A stretch of DNA of 64,000 nucleotides from Octopus bimaculoides (GCF_001194135.2 NC_068983.1:100083331-100147330); one strand, 5' to 3'; counted from the first letter of the stretch, positions 1-12,603 are shown. Translations and numbers: made by a program. The notes: generated from the sequence alone by a model not told the origin.

Positions 1-36
<36 letters not shown>

Positions 37-834
37 GCATTGTAATATTTTATTGATTTATCACGTATTGAAATAAATAAACAAATCAACTATTTAACAA
101 AATAAACAAACAGGAAAAACATTGCTCTTTTAATTAAGTGGTTCTTGGATATGCGTGGGCGATAGCAGATGGTTTTAAAACTGGAACACGAATACTCGAA
201 AATGATGTCCGGTTTAAAATTTAATGGACGAAACAATCGTTACAAGCAGTCTTTGTTCCAAACCACTTTGATTATCTCAATTGCCTCGCCGCGTGTTTTG
301 TTTCAACGCAAGCTCCGTAACCGCCCAAATGGAGAGGAAGAGAAACTGAAAGAGGGATGTGAAATAAAACAGGGAATGGCAGAGAGAAGAGAGTAATGAG
401 GGGGAATAAGTGAATGAAATTGAGAAAGAGAGCGAAACAAAGAAAGCTAAGAGTTCAGAAAAGAAAGAAGAAAACATGAAATTTCCAAGTTGTTAGGAAA
501 ATAATGGACCCACTACAAAAAATAATAAATGAAAATTTTGGTAAATGACTCGACGACTAAGAAGATGCCTAAGTATTGAAGTAGATACTTTATAGTGACT
601 TCTTAAAACACCAAAGAGATCAAGCATGTGTATTCATATTTGAGGTACTCGCATAAAATCCACTGATGAAAGGCATTCACTTTAATAGTTAACTAACAGA
701 GGCACCCGGCGTTGCCCAGGAATGAAATTTTTTCTTATATATTGGAAGGAAAAAGCCAAATATGTTGTATAGAAATTTGTTATTATAAATTCAATTTATT
801 CTTCAATTGGGAAATCAATTCTGAATTCGTAATA

Positions 835-939
<105 letters not shown>

Positions 940-1007
940 CGAAAATACAAAATTTACCACTTTTATGAAAGGAGATAAATTCTACCACATATGTTGAAGG
1001 AAATTAC

Positions 1008-2852
1008 GTAAGAGCTTTTGGGTAACCAACATTCTTTGTTTTCTGGTTTGGAGTATAGACAAATAAGTCTTGCAAACTACCTACCCTGGAGCAACCAACA
1101 TAAAGTTGACCATGAGAAAAGCAAGCCAGTAGATTTCAAAGACTGACCTTGAGCTTTATTAATAGACATTGCAAAGCAAAGTCGCTCTAGGAATTGTGTT
1201 CGTTTGAACTCAAATGGCGTGCCTGTTGGTTTGATTGGAATTCTTGGAATGAAAACCTCTTCCCCAGAGGCACATCCAGTGATGATGGTAGCTTCTGTCA
1301 TATTGCGTGATAATGTCTTCACAATCAATCTTGTCCCATTGCATAATTTAGGAGGATCTAAATTTCTTAGAAGCATTATTGGGACTCCTACCTTCAGAAA
1401 AAGTTTACGTGGAGGTGTTCCAGGTGGTTCAAGAGAACTAAAGAATTCTGTTGGGTAATAGACAGCTTTATTTTCATCAAGGACTGAATCAAGTGATTTG
1501 TACTTCTTAATGACTGTTGAAATCTTATTCATTAATTCATGGTTAATCCTTGCTGCTATATCATTTTTTGGAGCAAGTATTGCCCTTTCACACAAACATT
1601 TATGTGAATTATAATTATTACTTAAGTCTGGAAATATCCTGTTCTTCAATTCAGCTGGGGAATTCATCATGATAACAATATGAGCCAAAATGATATCACC
1701 ATTCCCATCAAATGATACTTTCCCATTTCCTAACTGGAGGAGTCAGGTCGAAAACTGTTTTGCACATTAATCCCCATGTAATAAAGCTCGCACGTTAGTA
1801 TTGAAGGAGAAGTTCAGTACTTTATTCCATGGGTGTGAAGACTTAATGCATGTTTTTATTTCATGAGATCTTGTTCGTCTCGGAATGACTAGTAATGTTT
1901 GTCTGAAGTCTCCTAATAAAACTAATGTAACTCCTTCCATAGATTTATTGCTGCCTCTGATGTCTTGTAAAGCAGTGCTACACAAAGTGGTAATCGTGGT
2001 AGACCACGAGCCATCAGCTGCCGGTACAGAAAAGAAACAAAGACACGCACAAATATACGACAGCCTCCCACACAGTTTCCGTCTACCAAATTCACTCATA
2101 AGGCATTGGTTGTCTCAGGGCTGTAGCAAAAGACACTTGCCTAAGGTGAGACGCAGTGGGATTGAACCCGAAACCATGTGGTTGCAAAGCATGCTTCTTA
2201 ACCACACAGCCATGCCTGCGCCTATATAATTAAAATTTGTAGAGAAATGAATTTCTTATAAATAATTTATGGGAATGCCATAAAAAATGAAATAAGCGCA
2301 GTTGATATGTATTCTTATCAGAAACAAAATATAACTAACGATATACCCTCATTAACTATTGTGAGTTTGTTGTTATTTCATGCAGATAATGTTTAAAAGA
2401 AATATATTCTCAAAAGATTTCTATTTTTCTATGCCAACAATTACACAACCAATTTTTATGCCAACAACTTCACTTAATGACTCTCTCTTCACTATTTCAA
2501 GTACACTATTTCTTCAAGTACATTACACCACGTCAAATAGTTTGAGAAGCACTGCTGTAAGGCCTTATCAAGGGCTTCCATTGCACCTCTAAGTGACATT
2601 CATCCCAAATGATAAGGTGGTATTGGCACAACACTTCTGCTGAATCTGAATCTTTGCTTATGTTACAAGTTGGACTGTCATTTTTGACAAGGTTTAGTGG
2701 TAATTTAAAAGCAGAACGAGCTGTTCGTCCTCCTGGGAGAATAGTGGCAGCAAAGCCAGACAATGGTACAGCAACTGCAATTCTTATTTGTTGCCTTACC
2801 TTGGAGAGAAGCAATGCTACAAATGTTTTACCTGTGCCACTGGGAGCATCGC

Positions 2853-2855
<3 letters not shown>
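1008..2855 (-). pseudogene. Helitron RepHel PIF1-family helicase pseudogene in three segments (~2560-2855, ~1767-1990, ~1008-1688)
   Basis: Walker A APSGTGKT, Walker B IIWDE, motif III LLGDFRQ, PIMLLRNLDPPKLCNGTRL, FAMSINKAQGQSL and, after a frameshift, LYVGCSRVG...KTKNVGYPKALT*. Frameshifts and insertions are present. Confidence 0.92.
2000..2226 (-). mobile_element. tRNA-derived SINE, family A (5' part)
   Basis: Reverse complement of the head ATAGGCGCAGGCATGGCTGTGTGG...GGTTCAATCCCACTGCG, shared with the 16556, 34994 and 39761 copies. Confidence 0.85.
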
Positions 2856-2869
<14 letters not shown>

Positions 2870-2884
<15 letters not shown>

Positions 2885-2981
2885 CACACACACACTCACT
2901 CACTCACACACACACATACACACATACACACACACATACACATACATATAGGTACTGTATCAAACATCAGATGAAATGGAC

Positions 2982-3049
<68 letters not shown>
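2870..3049. repeat. Compound (CA)n / (GT)n(GA)n microsatellites
   Basis: Direct reading. Confidence 0.95.
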
Positions 3050-3052
<3 letters not shown>

Positions 3053-3189
3053 TGAAGGGGTGTGTTGGCATGTATACGTACATGCATAAATAAATATACA
3101 CACATCACTATTTTACATATTAGATTACGTACAGCAAACTGTATTGATTGATTGAAATTCAAGTCTTTTATCATTTAATAAATAATAAA

Positions 3190-3232
<43 letters not shown>

Positions 3233-3791
3233 TTATATACGAACAGTCAGACTAGTGTACATTTCAACTCAGTATTCAGCTAAACAAACTATTAGGATTT
3301 CCATGAAATTCAGAAATAGGGTACCACAGCTCAGCAAACTAAACGGCCTCACGAAAGTAGCATAGCCAGACGATGGAAATACTTTATAAGAGATCGCAGA
3401 TGTACATGGATACTCTGTTTCAATTTTCTTTATTGTCACTAAAATTTGGAAGTCAATGAAGCAACATTATTCCTGAAAACCATAGACAGTAGTATAGCGA
3501 TGTTTTTATGCTCCCACCCCCATCATCACACACAAAAAGATAATGGGATTCAATCCAAGTAATTAAATATTTAAGATATCAAATCAGAGCTACATACAAA
3601 ACCGAAGACAATTTTGCAAAGCACGATATCAGGGGAACAATAATCCCAATGCAAAGATCAGCTGGAAAAGCTTTGTGGCATTAAAGTTCACTCACCATAG
3701 TGATTTGCTTTGAGTAGCTCAAGATCGATTTTTATAGAGGAGATAGTGTAGTGGTTTGAATAGATAATATATTACTGGTATTTACTTTATC

Positions 3792-4020
3792 TACGAGGGG
3801 ATACCCAAAATTAACCGAAAGCGTTCTCTGTGGGACAAGCCCGTCGTAATTCAGGCTTCCACCGCTAGAAGCCACTTGATGCGACCCCTAGGCATCAGTC
3901 TGCCGACCGGCGTTGTCCAGTGAAGTCGTACTTCCACGTGGTGCTTCTTTGTTTTGCTAGTGCTTCTCATCTGTTCGTCGATATTTACTGACCAACAAAC
4001 CTTTGTGAGTACCTACATCC
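3792..4020 (+). mobile_element. Mariner-like left end
   Basis: TA followed by CGAGGGGATACCCAAAA, resembling the mariner TIR starts at 23686 and 40548; no right end found. Confidence 0.45.
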
Positions 4021-4070
4021 TTTTCACAAGCTTAAAGCACGAGATAAACAGATTTTTATGCTAAAACCAC

Positions 4071-4540
4071 CATGACCTAAAGTTGACACACTTAAATAAA
4101 TACACCCAATCACAAACACTTACATGCTTGATTGAACTCTGAACAATAACCTCGACCTATCTAAAACAGAGTAATCTACTAAATAATACCAACAACAATT
4201 AAAGAAATCTAATGACCAACTAACCTTTCCTCCATGACCCTAAACTGACGCACCTAAATAAACACACCTAATTACAAAGTTTTACAAGCTGGGATGAACT
4301 CTGAACTACAACTGCTATATTTCGAAAACAGACAGGTGAAACCTCAAATTAGCATCCAAATAAAAGCAATAACAACTATACCTAGTTACATATCTGCTGA
4401 CCAACCAACCTTTTTCACCTATCTACTTTCTTTTGTGAACCCTAGAAAAATCAAATCCAAGACTTGAAACTGACACACTAAATAAGTACACCCGATTACA
4501 ATGTTCTACATGCTTGACTGAATTCTGAACGATAACACAA
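4071..4540 (+). repeat. Three diverged ~80-bp direct repeats (starting ~4071, ~4233, ~4460)
   Basis: Shared core GAC..AAA.TGAC.CAC.TAAATAA..ACACC..AT.ACAA....TTACA.GCT.G..TGAA.TCTGAAC. Confidence 0.65.
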
Positions 4541-4684
4541 CTCCAAATTTAATCAAGAAAAATTTTCTATATCTTTGTATTAGAACTTACTACCACAACA
4601 TAATTTTCATTCAACAAAGCTCTACCTACTCCAGAAAAATTAAACTTACCAGAGATTATATAAAGTCAAGATTAACTCAAATGT

Positions 4685-4735
4685 ACTATAGTCAGATGAA
4701 AGCTGAGCAGGCCGAAACTTCGAAGTCAATATTAT
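4685..4735 (+). ncRNA. Degenerate minimal hammerhead-ribozyme-like motif, probably inactive
   Basis: CAGATGA (4693-4699; canonical CTGATGA), then GAAAC (4714-4718), palindromic helix III ACTTCGAAGT (4717-4726) and a GTC cleavage triplet ending at 4727. Stems I and II are broken. Confidence 0.4.
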
Positions 4736-4738
4736 TCT

Positions 4739-4777
<39 letters not shown>

Positions 4778-4778
<1 letters not shown>

Positions 4779-5135
4779 CAAAATGGGACAAGAACGCAAA
4801 ACATCCAGACAGTTAAGTCATACAAAAAAGGGACAACAAAACATCCAAATAGACGATACAAAGAAAACAAGGACGAGTCATTCGAAGTTTTTTTTTCCTC
4901 AGTCGAGTTCCAGATTATCTTTGCAATTTCGGCTTGTTATACTCGAGATTGCTCCAATCTGGCCAGCCCTAAGGAAAAACTAAGCTAAGAACATTAGATT
5001 CCTTGGAAGAAAGCGAAAGTATACGAAAACAAGGACGGAAAAAACGGAGAAAGTTACACAAATACAAATAACAGGACATAACAACAGGTGTCATTTTTTC
5101 TCGTCTGGATGTTTTGCGTTCTTGTCCCATTTTGT
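4778..5135 (+). mobile_element. Interspersed repeat next to (TA)n with a perfect 33-bp terminal inverted repeat; homologous to 52130-52492
   Basis: 4778-4810 is the exact reverse complement of 5103-5135. The body aligns with the reverse complement of 52130-52492. Confidence 0.8.
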
Positions 5136-5715
5136 GTGTGTGTGTGTATACATATATACACATATATATATTGTTTGACAATTTTCTCTTAACCAGATCC
5201 TGACGTTTGAGAACGTATATTGTAAATTCCAAGTGGACTACTACTCAATATAAATTACATACTTTTAGACATCAAAAGGATGGGGAATTATAAACAGAAA
5301 ATGGAAAGCTCAACGGCAAATTAATAACTATTGAAGTTACTGAATTGCACAATAATGTTAAAGAAAAACAACAATTTAACTTCTACAGAATCTATTTATA
5401 GACTGTTTAATCGACTTTGCAGATATTAACTGATACTATCTCTTACTCTCTCCTTCGCCCACTACCTTTGTTTTCAATATCATGTTAGTCATGCGGCCTT
5501 CGTTCTTCTAACTGTTATTATTTTTCATAACTATAGTCACTACTATTACAAAGCTCTTTCAAATTCCGCCTATGTCGACATTGCTTTTCATTCTTTCGAG
5601 GTCGATAAATTAAGTGGCAGTTGAGTGCTGGGGACGATGTAATCGACTTATCCCCTACCTCACCAAATTTCAGTCTTTTTGCCTTTTGTAGAAAGAATTA
5701 TTACAGACTTGTTAA

Positions 5716-5920
5716 GGCGGCGAGCTGGCAGAGTTGTTAGCACGCTGGAGGAAATGCTTGGGGGCATTTCACTCGTCGCTACGTTCTGAGTTCAAATTCC
5801 ACCGAGGTTGACTTTGACTTTGACTTTCGGGGTCGATAAATTTAGTATCACTTGAACACTGGGGTCGATGTAATCGACTCCTCTCCACAAGCTACCCTTG
5901 TGGCAAAATTTTGAAATAAT
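5716..5920 (+). mobile_element. tRNA-derived SINE, family B (a partial copy also lies at ~5569-5700)
   Basis: Head GGCGGCGAGCTGGCAGA...GTTCTGAGTTCAAATTCC and body GGTCGATAAAT..GTACCAG. Confidence 0.9.
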
Positions 5921-6283
5921 TATTACAAAGCTATTACTGTTATTCTTAGTATTTCATTTCATGTTTTTGTCACCAATACATAAAATGAAAAGTCCTGAAA
6001 AACAAAAAAGCAAATAGATGAATAAATAAAGGGTCAGCGAATTTCTGAAATTCACAATTGAACATTTGCGGTGTATATTGGTGGTACTTGTAAGTATGTA
6101 GTTTGATGATATCTCTGTGGTCACACCGTATCTTCTTCCCCCCAAATACGTAGTGTTTGTAAGGTTATGCGTATGTGAGTGTTTGTGTGTGCATGTATAA
6201 GTATGTGCGTACGCGTGCATGCGTATGTGTTTACCATCTTCTTAGGCATGTCCCTCCACATCACATTCACAACCAAAACTCAC

Positions 6284-6320
6284 AGCTCCGAGTCTTTCAA
6301 GTAACTTATTCATAGCTGCT
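6284..6320 (-). other. Candidate 37-nt exon (open frame AAMNKLLERLGA)
   Basis: Minus-strand acceptor TTTGTTTTGTCTGTGCTGCTGCAG and donor GTGAGT; one open frame; no homology recognised. Confidence 0.25.
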
Positions 6321-6698
6321 CTGCAGCAGCACAGACAAAACAAAAAATAAAATTGTACAAAAACTTGCTAAAAAACACTCACAAACTAGATAGATCTTAT
6401 TCGACACTGCAACACATGTAGCACTTTGCATACAGTTATCAAGCATCCCGTCTCCCAAGACTTGTACTTTTTATTTCATCGACCCTGGAAGGATAAAAGA
6501 CGAAGTCGACAGTTGCTGGATTTGAACCCAGAAAATAAAACACCATAACTAAGTACTGCAAATCATTCACCTGCAAGCTTCTCCATTTGAAAATAGTATT
6601 AAATGTGAAGGTGTATACTAAGATAAACAAGAAATTAAAAAAAAGCAAACGTCATCTCTTTCTCTTTCTTTACTGTTTATATTTGGACCCATTTTAAA

Positions 6699-6910
6699 GG
6701 CGGCGAGCTGGCAGAATCGTTAGCTCACTGGGCGAACTTCTTAACGATATTTAGTTCGCCTTCATGTTCTGAGGTCAAGTTCCGTCGAGGTCGACTTTGC
6801 TTTTCATCCTTTCGAGGTCGATAGATTAAGTACCAGTGAAACACTGGGATCGATGTAATCGACTAGTCTCCTCCCCACAAAATTCAGGCCTTGTTCCTAC
6901 AGCAGAAATG
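6699..6910 (+). mobile_element. SINE family B (a degenerate minus copy lies at ~6440-6590)
   Basis: Same head and body as the 5716 copy. Confidence 0.9.
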
Positions 6911-7084
6911 ATTTGCTATAAGAAGAGGGTTGTAACTTGCTCGAAGCATTGTGATAGAGAAGCAAAATAAAATAGTAAATGTGAAAAGAAATAAGTTTAA
7001 TAACTTTTTTATATATTTCAGGCACAACAGCTCATCATCATCAGAAGTAAACAGGCAAGATATGTTAGTCTGTATAGTCACAGG

Positions 7085-7310
7085 CATGTTTAAACTGTTA
7101 GTAGTTAGAGTGTTGCACTCACGATCGCAAGAGCGTTGTTTTGATTCCCGGAGTGGGCGTTGCCTTGTTTTCTTGAGTCAAACTCTCCATTTCACGTTGC
7201 TCTGCAATCACTTAGACATCTAACGCGTGGCACACCACGCATCTATGCAGACAATGTCGATTTGATGGTAGGAGCTAAGCTATGTACAGCACGGATATTT
7301 GACCACTGAA
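7085..7310 (+). mobile_element. Old tRNA-derived SINE (related pieces at ~27720-27900 and ~48247-48400)
   Basis: B-box-like TTGATTCCCGG and shared core TTCTTGAG..AAAC...CATTTCACGT.GCTCTG...CAAT.TCGATTTGATGG. Confidence 0.6.
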
Positions 7311-7313
7311 AAC

Positions 7314-8179
7314 AAGTGGTTCTCAACCATTTTTTACGTATGGACTCCTTTGATTCCGATTTAACTCGGGATGGGGGAGACCTTTATGGTCATTGAATGT
7401 CTAAAACCTATTATATCTTTATGATTGAATATTAGGAATTGTATCAAAAAAGCTGTTTAAATATTTTGTGTATTGTAGAATTATAACCAGTTTTTTCATC
7501 TTTTATTTATTACCTTTTACTTGTTTCAGTCATTTGACTGCGGTCATATAGAGGCACTGCCTTGGAAGGGTTTTAGTCGAACAAATCGACCCCAGGACTT
7601 ATTTTTCTTAAGCCTAGTACTTATTTTATCGGTCTCTTTGGCTGAACCGCTGAGTTACGGGGATGTAAATACACCAACACCGGTTGTCAAGCGGTAGTGG
7701 ATGTCAAACACATACACAAAGACGCGCGCACGCGCTCACACACATACACACACAGACAACCACACACACACATACGTGCGTAAGTCGTCTAAAAGTCCAT
7801 AAGTCAAGAAAAAGATGCACTCGTATATCTGTCAAGAGAGTCAGTATATCATCCGAAGTGTACAGCATTATATATCCATCACGGTCGATCTTACGAATCG
7901 GTTTCGTGCTTGGTATAGTTCGGATAATATATATATATATGTATACGATGGGCTTCTTTCAGTTTCCGTCTATCAAATCCACTCAAGGCTTTGGCCGACC
8001 CGAGGCTATAATAGAAGACACTTGCCCAAGGTACTACGCTGTCGAACCCCGAACCCCGAACCCCGAACTATGTGGTTGGGAAGCAAGCTTCTTACCACAC
8101 AGTCAGCAAGCTCTTATATGGACCCCTAAGGGCGATATGGACCCCTAAGGGCGATATGAACCCTTGTTGAGAACCGCTG
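7314..8179. mobile_element. hAT-type MITE carrying a nested SINE
   Basis: TIRs AAGTGGTTCTCAAC / GTTGAGAACCGCTG; 8-bp flanks CTGAAAAC / CTCTAAAC (6/8 match); internal 20-bp tandem duplication at ~8116-8155. Confidence 0.7.
7515..8105 (-). mobile_element. SINE family A, full length, nested in the hAT MITE
   Basis: Reverse complement of the 16556 copy, including the TTGTTTCAGTCATTTGACTGCGG tail. Confidence 0.9.
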
Positions 8180-8526
8180 CTCTAAACTATCCATCTGTTT
8201 AGCAAGAAGTAGCGGCATCGTCTTTCTCAGACTCGAGAGCCTACCATCAACAATGTTTCGACTGTTTACTTCTTTGTGTCTGAAATGTTTATAAACATTT
8301 TTCCTTATCACATTGTATGAAGCTCTCTGTTGTCACTACTTTGTTAATATACTAATTTCATATACATTGAACAATCCTAGTTTATCAATGTTATTTCATA
8401 TCTTCATTTTACGAGTAATTTATGCACAACTAGTTATTAACTAATTGCGGGTTACATGTTATATTAGAGCTTAAATAACATTACAATATGTATTAAGTAG
8501 CAACACTGATCGTTTAACAAACTATA

Positions 8527-10257
8527 CAGACTGTCCACATTTAACGACCGAGTTACGTTCCAACAGCCCCCCGTCGTTAAGCAAATTCGTCGTTAAATGA
8601 ATATTCATAGGGTACGTATTTTTTTTAATAGGTATAGTGTACTGTACGTACATATAAAAACAGAATACCGTACTGTATAAAGTATATGCAGTACAGGGCC
8701 AAGAATCACTAACATAAGTTGTTGAAAAATGAATAAGTAACAGTAAGATTATCACAAGAAAAACCTTAAAAGTTAGGATATGGATGCTGTATTATTGTAG
8801 TTCAGACATCGTAAGTATGTTTGTGATTCCAGGCCCAGTACATAAGATGCCTAATAAACTTTTCTCAGGATTGTATAGAAGAGGTGAAAAGGTTTAAAGG
8901 AAACTCAAACATAATAATTTTGTTTTACTTTGGATAAAGATTACAAAAGCAACTCATTCTTGACATCAAAATGTATGAAAAATCCCGTCAGTGCTTTGTT
9001 ATCTTCTTTTTTTCGTCATAAATTTCTCGATAACATCGGCAAAGTTCAGTTGTCTGCCTTCCCACCTTGGAAAATCGCTCAAAATTTGGATCCATCGCCT
9101 CAAGTTCTAGCATAGCAGAATTAATCTTCGAGAAAACACTCGCTAATCTCTTGACGGTGAACTTCTTTTGTACTTCTTCTGTTCGTTTTTTTTTTTCAGT
9201 GCACGTGGATTTTGTGAGCGATAAATGAGGAGAGGCTTCAGTTTAAATCCAGCGGCATTTCCACCCAACAACAATGTTACTCTGTCCTTGAAAGCTTTAA
9301 AACCAGGCATAGTTTTTGCTTCCTTGTGGATGTATGTTCTCTCAGGCATTTTCTTCCACCACAGCCCAATTTCATCCACATGAAATATTTGTTATGGACG
9401 ATAGCCACTATCTACGATCATTTTGTCGAAATCTTGAACGAACTTCTCTGCTCCTTCTGCATCGGCGCTCGCTGCCTCACCGCTGGTGCTACGATTATGC
9501 AGATTAAATCTCAAACGAAATCGTTGAAACCAGCCATGGCTTGCCGTAAATGTCTCAGTTGATTCTTCTTCCTATTGCTCCTTCAGTGTGGTGAAAATAC
9601 TGCGTGCCTTTGCTTGGATAGTGAGAAGGCTCATCGGAATTCTTTTTTGAACCTGATCGTCAATCCAGATTGCCAGCAACTTTTCCATCTCGTGAATGAG
9701 ACCTTTCCGATGTCTTGTGATGCATGCTTTAAAGCCTGTCGAAGTTCTGGCTGCCTCTTTCACTTTAACTTTATCCTTCAAAATAGTAGAGATGGTAGAC
9801 TGTGCCAGGCCCGTATCGTTTGCGATAGCTCTCACCTTTTTCCCGCCTTCGTAGTTTGTAATGATTTTCATTTTCGTGTCAAGGTCAATAGCTCTCCGTT
9901 GTTTCTTGGCGCTTCCTGCTGCAGGTGAAGATGTCTTCTTCCTCTTTGGAGGCATCTTGAGTTTGGGGTGCAAGAGATAATGGAAAAAAGAGATGAAATA
10001 GTAATATAGGTACAAAGAGCGTCACTGTGTTGCTTGGCTGACCACAGGCGGGAGAGTGAGAGAGCGAGCGTGTCGGAGGGTGAGGCTAGGTGCTCGGGAT
10101 GCGCTGCCGTCACGACGGTAGTTCTCGTACAGCGCACAATACGACAGTTAAAGTTTTTATGTTTTTATATTTTGTAAAATATGTAATGAGGCTCGTAAAG
10201 TTCTTCGTAACTCCGAGTGGTCGTTAAATAGGTAGGTCGTTAAATGAGGACAGTCTG
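8527..10257 (-). mobile_element. Tigger/pogo-family DNA transposon, internally deleted
   Basis: TIRs CAGACTGTCC(A/T)CATTTAACGACC at both ends; TA on the left and TG on the right; transposase remnant inside. Confidence 0.92.
8990..9953 (-). pseudogene. Tigger/CENP-B-like transposase pseudogene
   Basis: MPPKRKK...IDLDTKMKII (HTH), [56 protein letters not shown], then a jump to the C-terminal DPNFERFSKV..CYREIYDEKKK. In-frame stops at 9572-9574 and ~9390; most of the DDE core is deleted. Confidence 0.92.
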
Positions 10258-10329
10258 TGTACTAAATTTGTATCCCAGGACTAGGCAGAAGCCATATTTG
10301 AGGAAATTGAAACTTAACATATAACATTA

Positions 10330-10610
10330 TAAGTTCTGCGACACGTTGCCTCGTCTCCTGCCACTTTTATCTCTACCACAAACAGTCTCTTCCTCATTGT
10401 TCCATAATACCTCTGACTCATTCTACTTGATGTACCCGCTTCTTATATTCTCAACATTTCTGATATATCACACTCCACTCCCGCGACTAAACACGTCCCA
10501 AACAATTCCTCAACTGAGCTGCTATCCTCCGATTTACCTCTTTCCTATACTGTTACTTACTTCCAAGTCAGCTCTGATCTACAAATTTATAATCAAAAGC
10601 TCAACCTGTT
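10330..10610 (+). mobile_element. Highly decayed 3' end of a CR1/Jockey-like LINE
   Basis: Broken frames RHVASS / FYLYH...IIPLTHS.CTRF..SQHF resemble the RT C-terminus of such LINEs. Confidence 0.4.
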
Positions 10611-10690
10611 TTTAAGGGGCATATAGGACTACATCGCGGGTTTCAAATCAGATTTGACAACTATATCTAACAAGTCAAACCGCCTTCCTG

Positions 10691-10741
<51 letters not shown>

Positions 10742-10794
10742 NNNNNNNNNNNNNNNNNNNNNNNNNNNNNNNNNNNNNNNNNNNNNNNNNNNNN

Positions 10795-10852
<58 letters not shown>

Positions 10853-12399
10853 TATAGGTTTTATCCTCCAAAAAGTTCATATAGAACAATTACCATCAGC
10901 GCGCTCACCAGTCAAGCAGGACCTACAAATATTAATACTACTTAACCAACCCCGACTACATAATAATAAAAAAGAAAGCTTTCAAACTATTTAATCCACC
11001 ATTTCCGTTGATTCTTTTATTTTTCCCTAAATCATGCTCGGATTGTCAAATAGGTCAATTCTTTATACGTAAATCAATGAAGATTTTAGTAATTTCCTAT
11101 CAAAAAGAGTGCATCAATTTTTTTTTAAAGTACGTTTTATAATTGGAAAAACAGTTATCTTTATGGCATTAAAAAAAAACATTATACGATGACTATCTGT
11201 TTAAGTTTCACAGATTTAATTCTAAATATAAACTTCAAAGTATCATTGGAAATTGAGATTAGTTTTCATTGCAGTAACGTTATGCCATATAAATATTAAG
11301 CAATGAATCAAATACTCTCACTGTTGTTTTTAACTGTGATTTTAGGATCGGCTTGCAGTATTCTTAGAAGAAACCATACCACTATAAACATAAACCTGAA
11401 ATTGTTATTAACCTTGTTTAAGTGTAATGTGAAGAAAAGATATCATAACTCCATATTTCATTTTATTTTATTTTATTTAGTCATTTATTTATTATTACGT
11501 ATAGGGCTGAAATATTCTCAGAGTAGAAATGTTATCAATTAGTTTCGCTTCCATGAACATTCTAGTATAACATTATAATGTTGTCAACTTCCTAAAGAAT
11601 CATAGATAGCAGTTAATAAGTTTGTAATTGTATTATTTTCACCTAAACCTATGTGCTAAACTGAGAAGATATATTAAAACTTGGGTCAGTAATTAAGTAG
11701 AGTTTAATGTTTATATGCTATTGCTTTATCCAGCTAAATCAGTCTTACAACTTATTGCCATTCAACGCGCTTATCAGCATGCATAATCACTATAACCGCT
11801 TAATTAGTGTTAAAAAAAAAAAAAAAAAAAAAANNNNNNNNNNTTAAAAAAAAAAAAAAAAGAAAAAAGAAGTTAAGTTTGAATCCATTAAAAATATTCT
11901 TTCTTTTGACGCGTTTTCTTGACCGACTTCGTTGTTGCTCTAAAAAATGCCTTCCTCGTCAATCAGATTTCTTGTAAATTCTTTGCATTTTATCGTACTA
12001 TTTTATCCCTAAAGAAACATAAGTTGAACAACATTAGCTCGAAACATGTTTAAAAAACTGCGACCTATTTATATAATAGGGTTTTATTTATTTTTATTTT
12101 TTAAAATTTAGACTAATAAAAAATTTGTTCAAGTAATGCTATCAGAGAGTTTTCTTTTAAATATTTATCTATTTAATTAATATCACTAGAAGATCGGAGA
12201 AATAAATCTTAGTTATTTATAACTGTAAGTAGACCAAGTTCTTTTTTCCAAACCCTTTATTGCATTGGTTCTTGTCCCTCAAGGATATATTTTGTACTTT
12301 AAATGTTGCATCCTGCTCCTGGACAATGTATTAAGGTAAATTTGGTTAATGCTTTATGCTTCATTACAAAGAATTGTTTATAAGTCGCTAATCTATATA

Positions 12400-12603
12400 C
12401 AGTAATCCCTCGACGAGCGCGGATGTCACGTTCCAAAACCTCCCACAGAAATAATTAAAATCTAAAAAATATAAATACCTATTGGCCGCAGAAACCCGGA
12501 TATAGTGAAGTGTCCGCGATATAAATTTACATATATTAACCAGAAAAATTTTCGATGTGCTGAGTGCGCGATAGGTGAACCGCGATATGGCGAGTGATTA
12601 CTG
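12400..12603. mobile_element. 204-bp pogo/Tigger-type MITE
   Basis: TIRs CAGTAATCCCTCG / CGAGTGATTACTG (12/13 match) with a TA duplication on both sides. Confidence 0.88.

Noticed and set aside
3690-3740. Minus-strand TATAAAA...ATG|GTGAGT first-exon-like motif
   Set aside because: Spacing leaves almost no 5' UTR, and the nearest good acceptor (~3473) gives an immediate stop.
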